Position numbers and translations under genes: made by a program. Below are positions 1 to 7,594 of a DNA stretch of 41,698 nt, one piece after another. This DNA is from Bacteroidota bacterium (lineage in GTDB: Bacteria > Bacteroidota > Bacteroidia > AKYH767-A > JABDAW01), in the NCBI GenBank assembly GCA_023251595.1, contig JAHEYM010000002.1:1-41698 (forward strand), given 5' to 3'. The notes beneath the pieces were generated by a model. That model was not told where the DNA came from and did no database searches. It saw nothing but the letters and a program-made list of their open reading frames with translations. Position 1 is the first letter of the stretch. Every line of letters begins with the position of its first letter.

Positions 1-2503
1 CGGCGTCGAGAAGTGGAAAAGGTTCGTTCGAACAGACAGATTGATTTCCCCCGAGTGAGACAAATGGTTGTTCAAGTATTACATGCACCGAATCAGTACC
101 AGTGCAACCTGATGCTGAAGTGACTGTAACGGAATATAATCCCGGACCACTGGTTTGCAGAGATCCGATATTGCTCCCGACAGGAATCGTGTTATACGTC
201 CAGGAATAAGTTGTTGCACCAATGAAACCTGCGTTAAGTATTGGATATGTGCTACTTGCACAGATTGTTTGATCACCTCCGAGATCAACCGGCAGATGTA
301 CCGATATATTTAATGTTGTTGAATCTGTATTGACGCAACCCGATCCGTAACTTACGGTAACCGCGTATGTACCTGAAGCGGTGGTTTGCAATGTCTGCAT
401 ATTTCCTCCGGTTGGAGCGCTGTTATAAGTCCAACTGTAAGAGGCACCCGGATTTCCTGCATCGAGAAGAGGAAGAGTATCTGTTACACAAATTGCAATG
501 GAATCCGAAAGATTAATATTCGGAACGCTGACAATGGTGACCACAAAACTTGTATCCGAAATCCCGCAACATGTCGTTGTTTGTAAAATAACGATGTGCT
601 GACCATTTGTTGAAAACGTCACCGGTCCCGGGTTTTGAGAAGTTGATGACGAAGGTGTTCCTCCCGGAAATTGCCAGTCGTAGGTCGGAGCGATGGCAGA
701 AGTAGAGAAATCAATCGGCGCGCCCGGGCAACTTGTCGTTTGACTTGCGGTAATAACCGGAGGCGAAAATGTGTTGACAATGTTAATAAAACCACGCAGC
801 ATTGAAGGAACTCCATCGACTATTATCGTGATGTTTTTTAGTCCGCTTGAGGTGTATTGAGTTGTGATTGTATCGCCCGATGGATTAACGGTGGTTGAAC
901 CAGAACCCAGAACCCAATTGACGATACCGGTTGCGGTTGAGATAAATGTGACATCAGAATTTGTGCACCCCGAGTAAATCACGGTGACTAGGGGTTCAGG
1001 GAGAAGATTGTTATTGACATGAAGCACAGCGGCGCCGGAAATATCCTGATAAAGTGCTGTTGCGATTCCATCAGAGCCGGGACCGCCATCTCCACCATTT
1101 CCACCATTTCCGCCATTTCCACCATTTCCACCTTCACCCACATTACAAGAATGATTAGGTCCATTTGAAGCGGTATTACCACCGGGACCACCTTGACCTC
1201 CAACACCACCAAGACCACCTTGGCCACCGGCTCCTCCATTTCCGGGGAGACCGGCATTTAAAAAACAGTCGAATACATTTCCATTGCTCCCGTTCTGGTA
1301 GGTGAATATCGGGAATGAGCCACCACCACCACTTCCCCCTGTACCAGGTGCACCAAGTTCGCCACCTTCACCGCCACCGCCACCGCCACCACCAGTTCCG
1401 GCAGAATTGAAAGTTGTGTCGAGTGGCGTAGCAAAAATGTCAATTACTGTAGGCTCGCAACCTTTGGCGCCACCGCCACCGCCACCGCCACCACCTGAGC
1501 CATGTGAAAGTCCAGGTTGACCATTTGTTCCGTTTGAAGGGATGAAATAACCGCTACCAATGGTTGCAATTCCTTGGATTCCATTGGGTCCGGCTTGTCC
1601 GTCGTTCCCTGCTTGTCCAACGCGACCGTTGTTGGTCGGCTGACCTGAGCACGTTCCATTGAGGTACTGAGGTTCACAAATACCTGTTCCTCCGGTTCCA
1701 CCACCACCACCGCCAATTCCACTCCCCGCAGCTCCGAGATTTCCATCATTCGTCCAACCGGGACCTGTCGGGGTCAATATTCCGAGGACATAGTCCCAAA
1801 CGTAACCACCGCGGGCTCCGCCGTTTCCACCTGCACCACCGGCAAAACTTCCGGGAAAAGAACCTGAACCGGGGCTTCCGCCAGTCAGAAAGTTGTCGCC
1901 ATTTTCATTCCCGGTTTCGCCTGATAATCCGTTGACACCATTGGTACCGGATACGCCATTTGTTCCAACAGTACCACCAGATCCATTACCGGATGTGACA
2001 ATGCAACGCATGATAAAATAGTTTGAACAATTATTGAGATAAACGCCGTAGTTTGAAATACTGTTTCCGGGGGCATCAGCAGTTGTTATTGTCAAATCCT
2101 GAAGGCGAAAATTTGAAATACCATCGCATGAAATCGCAACTAGAGCGTTGTTTACAATATCGGGATTTGAATTGTTCCGGGTGATGATCGTGGCCGTCGA
2201 ATTGCTTTTCAACCACGTAACCGGATCGAATCCTCCTTCAAGAGTGATTCCAGACTGCATGACAATTTTATCCGAGATAGTGTAAGTTCCTGAAGCCATC
2301 CGAATTGTTGGATTCGAAAGACTTGCCAATGTGAGACCGTAGGTCAGATCGGCAGGAGTGGCGCGGGTTCCGGCGGTTCCGGAGGAAACACCGTTCGAAC
2401 TCACATAGACGTAACCGCACTCCTGTGCTGTACTCCGTGTGCAGAGTGACGAGAAGGATAGAAACAGAAAGAGAATGAAGACGGTGTTTTGTAAGGGTCG
2501 CAT
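1..2503 (-). CDS. Large secreted glycine-rich / G-X-Y triplet repeat protein with Ig/PKD-like modules; C-terminus lies beyond the window edge (absent from supplied ORF track)
   Basis: Hand translation of the minus strand from ATG 2503..2501 stays open for 834 codons down to position 2; spot-checked at 1-60, 580-660, 1440-1500 and 1980-2040. The N-terminus MRPLQNTVFILFLFLSFSSLCTRSTAQE is signal-peptide-like. G-X-Y runs are present (GTVGTNGVSGTNGVNGLSGETG, GLPGNGGAGGQGGLGGVGGQGGPGG, GEGGNGGNGGNGGNGGDGGPG) along with poly-Gly tracts. C-terminal modules carry SYSWTYN-type motifs. Every listed ORF here is in another frame or antisense. Confidence 0.75.
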   Translation of the reverse strand, partial: MRPLQNTVFILFLFLSFSSLCTRSTAQECGYVYVSSNGVSSGTAGTRATPADLTYGLTLASLSNPTIRMASGTYTISDKIVMQSGITLEGGFDPVTWLKSNSTATIITRNNSNPDIVNNALVAISCDGISNFRLQDLTITTADAPGNSISNYGVYLNNCSNYFIMRCIVTSGNGSGGTVGTNGVSGTNGVNGLSGETGNENGDNFLTGGSPGSGSFPGSFAGGAGGNGGARGGYVWDYVLGILTPTGPGWTNDGNLGAAGSGIGGGGGGTGGTGICEPQYLNGTCSGQPTNNGRVGQAGNDGQAGPNGIQGIATIGSGYFIPSNGTNGQPGLSHGSGGGGGGGGGAKGCEPTVIDIFATPLDTTFNSAGTGGGGGGGGEGGELGAPGTGGSGGGGSFPIFTYQNGSNGNVFDCFLNAGLPGNGGAGGQGGLGGVGGQGGPGGNTASNGPNHSCNVGEGGNGGNGGNGGNGGDGGPGSDGIATALYQDISGAAVLHVNNNLLPEPLVTVIYSGCTNSDVTFISTATGIVNWVLGSGSTTVNPSGDTITTQYTSSGLKNITIIVDGVPSMLRGFINIVNTFSPPVITASQTTSCPGAPIDFSTSAIAPTYDWQFPGGTPSSSTSQNPGPVTFSTNGQHIVILQTTTCCGISDTSFVVTIVSVPNINLSDSIAICVTDTLPLLDAGNPGASYSWTYNSAPTGGNMQTLQTTASGTYAVTVSYGSGCVNTDSTTLNISVHLPVDLGGDQTICASSTYPILNAGFIGATTYSWTYNTIPVGSNIGSLQTSGPGLYSVTVTSASGCTGTDSVHVILEQPFVSLGGNQSVCSNEPFPLLDA

Positions 2504-2511
2504 TTCTTCCC

Positions 2512-2519
2512 CAAAATTA
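2512..2519 (-). promoter_or_regulatory. Bacteroidota-type -7 box (TAATTTTG on minus strand) for the 1..2503 gene
   Basis: The reverse complement of caaaatta is TAATTTTG, which matches TAnnTTTG. It lies 8 nt upstream of the ATG at 2503. Confidence 0.5.
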
Positions 2520-2592
2520 CGCAATTAGACCCGAATTCAGACACGAATTTCACGAATTAACACGAATATGAAAATCAGCATTGCGGTTTTCT

Positions 2593-2600
2593 TAAATTTG
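2593..2600 (+). promoter_or_regulatory. -7 box TAAATTTG upstream of gltX
   Basis: Matches TAnnTTTG, 22 nt before the ATG at 2623. Confidence 0.55.
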
Positions 2601-2622
2601 CAGAATCGGTAAAAATCAATAA

Positions 2623-4143
2623 ATGAAAAGAGTTCGTGTTCGTTTTGCGCCAAGTCCGACGGGACCTTTACACATGGGAGGTGTGAGAACGGCTTTATAT
2701 AATTATCTGTTCGCGAAAAAACACGGCGGTGATTTTTTGTTGAGAATCGAGGATACAGATCAAACGCGGTTGGTTGAAGGTGCGGAGGAATATATAATTA
2801 ATGCATTAAATTGGTGTGGCATTCCTCCGAACGAAGGCGTTTCTGTTGGGGGGGAATTTGCGCCCTACAAACAGAGTGAACGTAAGTATATATATAAGCC
2901 GTACGCCCAAGAATTGGTTGAAAAAGGTTTCGCTTATTATGCATTCGACAGTTCGCAGGCGCTTGAAGAAATGCGGACAAGATTGGTTGCAGAAAAAGTT
3001 TTGCTTCCGCAATACAATCATATTACGAGGAAGGAAATGCAAAATTCGCTCACTCTTTCTTCAACCGAAACAAAACACAGAATAGAAGGTGGCGAACAAT
3101 ATGTGATCAGGTTAAAAATGCCGGTTAATGAAGAAATAAAAGTGAATGATTTAATTCGGGGAGAAGTGGTGGTGAATTCATCACAGCTCGACGACAAAGT
3201 GCTTTTTAAATCGGACGGAATGCCGACCTATCATCTCGCGCATTTGGTGGATGATTACCTGATGAATATTTCGCATGTGATAAGGGGAGAAGAATGGTTG
3301 CCTTCGGCACCGACTCATATATTATTATATAAATATTTGGGCTGGGAAGAAGTAACTCCGGAATTTGCACATCTTCCACTTATACTTAAACCGGATGGAA
3401 ACGGAAAACTCAGCAAACGCGATGGAGACAGACTTGGCTTTCCGAGTTTTCCGTTAACATGGAAAGATCCTGCAAGTGGTGAAACAAGTCAGGGATATAA
3501 GGAGCGTGGTTTTTATCCCCAAGCATTTATCAATATGCTCGCGTTTTTGGGATGGAATCCCGGAACGACACAGGAGATATTTAATATGCAGGAATTAATT
3601 GATGCGTTTTCGATTGAACAGGTGAGTAGGAGAGGGGCGAAATTCGATTTTGAAAAAGCGAAATGGTATAATCAACAATATTTGAGGGCGCGATCGAATG
3701 ATGAATTAGCGAAAGAATTTTTGATCATTATTTGCGAAAGAATTCCGGATGCAAATCACGATAAGCTAGATAAAATTTGCGGACTGTTAAAAGAAAAAAC
3801 GCAGTTTGTAAATGAATTTTGGAATATAGGAAGTTTCTTTTTTATCGCACCTCAACAATATGATGCAGATACTATCAAGAAAAAATGGAATGAGAATTCT
3901 TTGAAAGCGATGAACTCTGTTCTGGAAGATTTTTCTTCTTTGGTTGAATGGAATCATCTTCAAATAGAGACCACTTTTAAAATTGCATGTGAGAAAGTTG
4001 AAGTGAGTCCGGGATCGGTTCAACAATTATTCAGAGTTTTCTTAACCGGACTTCCCGGTGGACCTGCACTTTGGGAGATCGCAGAAATATTAGGGAAGGA
4101 AGAAGTAATTAACAGAATAAAAACAGCGATAAATCTTATATAA
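2623..4143 (+). CDS. gltX: Glutamate--tRNA ligase
   Basis: 506 aa. Class I motifs are present: PSPTGPLHMGG (HIGH variant) and KLSKRDG (KMSKS). Overall layout is GluRS-like. Confidence 0.95.
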   Translation: MKRVRVRFAPSPTGPLHMGGVRTALYNYLFAKKHGGDFLLRIEDTDQTRLVEGAEEYIINALNWCGIPPNEGVSVGGEFAPYKQSERKYIYKPYAQELVEKGFAYYAFDSSQALEEMRTRLVAEKVLLPQYNHITRKEMQNSLTLSSTETKHRIEGGEQYVIRLKMPVNEEIKVNDLIRGEVVVNSSQLDDKVLFKSDGMPTYHLAHLVDDYLMNISHVIRGEEWLPSAPTHILLYKYLGWEEVTPEFAHLPLILKPDGNGKLSKRDGDRLGFPSFPLTWKDPASGETSQGYKERGFYPQAFINMLAFLGWNPGTTQEIFNMQELIDAFSIEQVSRRGAKFDFEKAKWYNQQYLRARSNDELAKEFLIIICERIPDANHDKLDKICGLLKEKTQFVNEFWNIGSFFFIAPQQYDADTIKKKWNENSLKAMNSVLEDFSSLVEWNHLQIETTFKIACEKVEVSPGSVQQLFRVFLTGLPGGPALWEIAEILGKEEVINRIKTAINLI

Positions 4144-4145
4144 AA

Positions 4146-4691
4146 ATGGCAATAAAAAAAGCAAAAACTGTTTCGAGTAAAACAGTCATAGATATCGTCA
4201 AAAAAAGTTTACAAAACCCGACGAAAAAAACGGGGGCTGTCGTAAATGAAAAGCGGCAGCGTAAAATTTCACCCTACAAATTTCATCCACATGGAAAAAT
4301 CAGTTTGCGCGATATTCGGGTGTATGCACATCATGGGTGTACGGTCGAAGAACAGAAAATCGGATCAGAATATCTGGTTGATGTTGAAATAAAAGCAGAT
4401 CTTTCAGAAGCGATGAAACAGGACGACTTGTCAAAAACAGTTGATTATTCGATGATTCATGACGTTGTGATAGAAGAGATGGGTATCAGTTCCAGACTTT
4501 TGGAACGTGTTGCGGCACGCATCGGATCGCAGATTATGAACGGCTCTGATTTGATTTTGGAGGCAAATATCACGGTGAGGAAACTGAATCCGCCGGTAAA
4601 AGGATCAGTTGGTGAATCTGTCGTAAAGCTAATGGTGACGCGTGATTACGTCGATGTGGCACAGAACAGGTATGAAGGAAAATACCGGTAA
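4146..4691 (+). CDS. folB: Dihydroneopterin aldolase with a ~55-aa lysine-rich N-terminal extension
   Basis: The core VYAHHGCTVEEQKIGSEYLVDVEIKADL...DDLSKTVDYSMIHDVV matches the FolB pattern. The ATG lies 2 nt after the gltX stop codon, suggesting an operon. Confidence 0.75.
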   Translation: MAIKKAKTVSSKTVIDIVKKSLQNPTKKTGAVVNEKRQRKISPYKFHPHGKISLRDIRVYAHHGCTVEEQKIGSEYLVDVEIKADLSEAMKQDDLSKTVDYSMIHDVVIEEMGISSRLLERVAARIGSQIMNGSDLILEANITVRKLNPPVKGSVGESVVKLMVTRDYVDVAQNRYEGKYR

Positions 4692-4739
4692 AGTTGTTGA
4701 ATCGAACGATAAACTGTAAATTCGCGAACTGAAATATCA

Positions 4740-4810
4740 GGTCGGGTGGCCGAGTGGCTAGGCAGAGGTCTGCAAAACCTTGTACAGCGGTTCGAATCCG
4801 CTCTCGACCT
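4740..4810 (+). tRNA. tRNA-Cys (anticodon GCA)
   Basis: 71-nt cloverleaf folded by hand. Acceptor stem GGTCGGG/CTCGACC (one G-U pair). Anticodon stem GAGGT/ACCTT with loop CTGCAAA, giving anticodon GCA. T arm AGCGG-TTCGAAT-CCGCT. Discriminator is U73, the known Cys identity element. CCA is not encoded. Confidence 0.85.
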
Positions 4811-4902
4811 CTGGGAAATGCGAAGTAATTGAAGATTAGTGTTTTGAATGGTTATTTTTCTCCTCTATTAAATTCATTCATTGAATAGAATTAATCGGTC
4901 AA

Positions 4903-6234
4903 ATGAAACTTACGGCAATCGAAATCGGCAGTTATTATCAGTTTAAAGATTTCAAAATAGATTTTACTTCACCACAAAATAATGGGGAAGTCGGGGTTCC
5001 ATTAAAAAAGATTTGTTTTATTGGACAGAGTGGAACAGGTAAAACCACATTGATTAATTTGATTCAGTTTGCTTATTTAACGGTTTTTTCTTCAGACGCC
5101 AATTGTAGAATTGACAATGACTATTTGAGACTCTATCGGATAAATTTTGCAGACAGTGAATTCGTCAAATTTTCATTCGGTGGAGAAATCCATAATCACA
5201 TCCCAAGTTCAGGCAAAGTAACCCATCATAAAATATCTTTTGAGGCGATTTTTGCAAATAACCAGACTTTTACTGTTCAAAACATTTATATAGATGGCAA
5301 AACCGCGAGTAAAATGGAACTTTTTTCGATAATTGGGAGGCCGACAATTTTGCATTTGAACCCCTATCCGAAGATTATTAGTTATTCAGCAGAACCCTTT
5401 CCTCAGACAAACCCTAAAGTAGATTCTTTAGTATATATTTTCGATATAGTGAATGCAAAAAAAGCGTTGGACATTACAATGAACAAAATTAAAGAATTCA
5501 AAAAACGGGAAGTTAATTTTAGATATCAATTAGCAGGTAAAATAAAGACAAAAAAATCTGAAGAACTAAATGCAGAAATGGAGAAATGGGAGCTTCAAAA
5601 CCCAAATCCAGCAAAAGAAATAGCAATAGATTGTCTTGATGATTTTCTTCGTAATTTTCAATTGAAGACCGAAACAGAAATGAAAGACACGAACGATTTA
5701 AGTCTGCGCTTTCAAAACATTAATAGTAACTCAACAATTCCATGGGACAATCTTCCAACCGGGGCAAAGCAAATAATTGTCTCAGCGATTCCACTTTACT
5801 CAATGAAACCAGAGAATGCGCTCATTGTTTTTGATGAGCCGGAAAGATCTCTTTTCCCCGACTTACAACAAATATTAGTAAAATACTATACTTCTTTTTC
5901 AGACACATCGCAATATTTTTTTGTAACGCACAGTCCAATTGTTGCTTCTCAATTTCAACCAGAGGAAAGGTTTATTTTGAAGTTTGATGAACAAGGTTAT
6001 GTCAAAGCGAAAAACGGAATTTCACCCGAAGGAGATGACCCTAACGATTTGCTGAGTAAAGATTTCAACATTCATAATTTGCATATTGATGAGGCGGCAA
6101 GGAGTCTCAAGAGATACATCGAATTAAAAGGATTGATAAGAGTTGAAACAGACTCCTACAAAAAAGAACTTTTTGCCAAGGAATTTTTAACGCTTGGAAT
6201 GAAATATAATTTTGGTAATGAAAAGAATTCATAA
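4903..6234 (+). CDS. ABC/SMC-like (AAA_15/AAA_21-style) ATPase, PtuA-like
   Basis: Walker A GQSGTGKTT at aa ~42-50, followed by a Lys/Glu-rich helical middle. The C-terminal end has the signature-like LPTGAKQ, Walker B LIVFDEPE and H-loop VTHSP. Confidence 0.7.
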   Translation: MKLTAIEIGSYYQFKDFKIDFTSPQNNGEVGVPLKKICFIGQSGTGKTTLINLIQFAYLTVFSSDANCRIDNDYLRLYRINFADSEFVKFSFGGEIHNHIPSSGKVTHHKISFEAIFANNQTFTVQNIYIDGKTASKMELFSIIGRPTILHLNPYPKIISYSAEPFPQTNPKVDSLVYIFDIVNAKKALDITMNKIKEFKKREVNFRYQLAGKIKTKKSEELNAEMEKWELQNPNPAKEIAIDCLDDFLRNFQLKTETEMKDTNDLSLRFQNINSNSTIPWDNLPTGAKQIIVSAIPLYSMKPENALIVFDEPERSLFPDLQQILVKYYTSFSDTSQYFFVTHSPIVASQFQPEERFILKFDEQGYVKAKNGISPEGDDPNDLLSKDFNIHNLHIDEAARSLKRYIELKGLIRVETDSYKKELFAKEFLTLGMKYNFGNEKNS

Positions 6235-6763
6235 ATTTTCTGATTCTCCGATTCTAACAAAACAATTATCCTATCCTACAAATTCTCAAGAAATAAGAAT
6301 GATTCTTGAAAGTGAGCAGGACGGTTTTTGTGCATATTCAGAGGATCGCATTTCACCAACATTAGCAGACGATATTGAACATTTTGATTCTTCAAAAAAG
6401 GATACATCGGATGATAATTACTATAACTGGTATGCTGTTAGTCATAAATGGAATCAACACAAGAGGAAAAACGATAATAAGTGGCTGGAGTTTCAACCGA
6501 TTCTATTACCCACGGCTTCGGATTTTGAAGAAAGAGTGATCTATGATCGCGGGGATTATATACCGGTTGATGAAGAAGCAAAAAATTTGATTGGATTCTT
6601 GGATTTGAATAATGATGACCTAAGGACGGAAAGGCAAAATTGGATTAATGGATTAAAAGATTTATTTACCGAACCCTCGGAATTAAAAAGCTTTTTATTG
6701 AGCAATCCGATTTTTATACGATTTAGAAGGGCGATTGAAGAGGAGTTTTCGATATCGATATAA
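6218..6763 (+). CDS. HNH-like nuclease, TIGR02646/PtuB-like, cysteine-poor variant
   Basis: Motif string: CAYSE...DDIEHFDSS...NWYAVSHKWNQHK. The ATG at 6218 (or TTG at 6212 in the ORF track) overlaps the ATPase 3' end by 17-23 nt. Confidence 0.55.
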   Translation: MKRIHKFSDSPILTKQLSYPTNSQEIRMILESEQDGFCAYSEDRISPTLADDIEHFDSSKKDTSDDNYYNWYAVSHKWNQHKRKNDNKWLEFQPILLPTASDFEERVIYDRGDYIPVDEEAKNLIGFLDLNNDDLRTERQNWINGLKDLFTEPSELKSFLLSNPIFIRFRRAIEEEFSISI

Positions 6764-6845
6764 AATGGTATAAGTTGTAAATGATTAAGAATTCGTATCA
6801 GTCCTAAGTATTTAACACAGTATTATATAATTAAATCAAACCAAT

Positions 6846-7532
6846 ATGAAAAATCTACTTAGAATTATTCTCATTTCCATTTTTTCTCTCGGAACATTTC
6901 TTCATGCACAGGATGATCTCCGAAATTGCAAAAAAAGAATTAAAATTTCAGGCGAAAGAAATGATGGTTCGGGCGTGAAGGATACTGTGATGGTGGTTAC
7001 GCAGCGGTTTTATGATTTCACGGATGCTCAATTAAAAAAACAATTGGAAGATGACAAATACCGATATGAAGGTTTTAATTATCAGGCTTATGATCAGCCA
7101 ACGATGAAAATGGATTGCGCAGGAAATACATTACACGAAGTATTCCTGACGGGTAAATATTGGATTACAGCCGAGATGTTTTACAATTGTATTATCAAAC
7201 CTTATGCAACGAAAGTAAGCAATTCTGTTAGCTGGGGAGACGCAAAAGAAAGTGATATTGTCGTTTTCTTCAATGATTCGGGTGCGCCAACTCATATCTG
7301 TTCAGTTAGTAGTGTGCAAAAAACAATGGGAGTTGTTAGCAGTATCACTATTTTCACAAAAGATGGTAAAGAAGCTTGCTATATGCATAAAATGACCCTA
7401 GGCGGTTCGGGCAATGACCCCTTATTTCGTAGTATGGGCACACCGCAGGTTTTCAGAATTAACCACGAAACTTTTGATGTGAACGATGCATTTTATCCTG
7501 ATTGTAAAGGGATGGTTGACGTGAAACAGTAG
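6846..7532 (+). CDS. Secreted hypothetical protein with a papain-like (NlpC/P60 or CHAP-type) Cys...His signature
   Basis: Signal peptide MKNLLRIILISIFSLGTFLHAQ. MDCAGNT is followed ~59 aa later by SDIVVFFNDSGAPTHICSV, resembling DCSG...GDLVFF...HVGIY. The fold assignment is unverified. Confidence 0.45.
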   Translation: MKNLLRIILISIFSLGTFLHAQDDLRNCKKRIKISGERNDGSGVKDTVMVVTQRFYDFTDAQLKKQLEDDKYRYEGFNYQAYDQPTMKMDCAGNTLHEVFLTGKYWITAEMFYNCIIKPYATKVSNSVSWGDAKESDIVVFFNDSGAPTHICSVSSVQKTMGVVSSITIFTKDGKEACYMHKMTLGGSGNDPLFRSMGTPQVFRINHETFDVNDAFYPDCKGMVDVKQ

Positions 7533-7582
7533 TCAGCCCTGTCTTTAGGAGATCTTGATTTTCATTCTGAGCGAATAGTGTT

Positions 7583-7590
7583 TATATTTG
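7583..7590 (+). promoter_or_regulatory. -7 box TATATTTG upstream of glnS (near-leaderless)
   Basis: Matches TAnnTTTG and ends 4 nt before the ATG at 7595. Confidence 0.5.
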
Positions 7591-7594
7591 CAAA

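Noticed and set aside
1302-1520. 72-aa proline-rich ORF, plus the chain of short minus-strand ORFs between 79 and 2076
   Set aside because: The poly-Pro ORF is the antisense reading of the poly-Gly coding tracts. The short minus-strand ORFs are in a different frame from the long open frame that starts at 2503.
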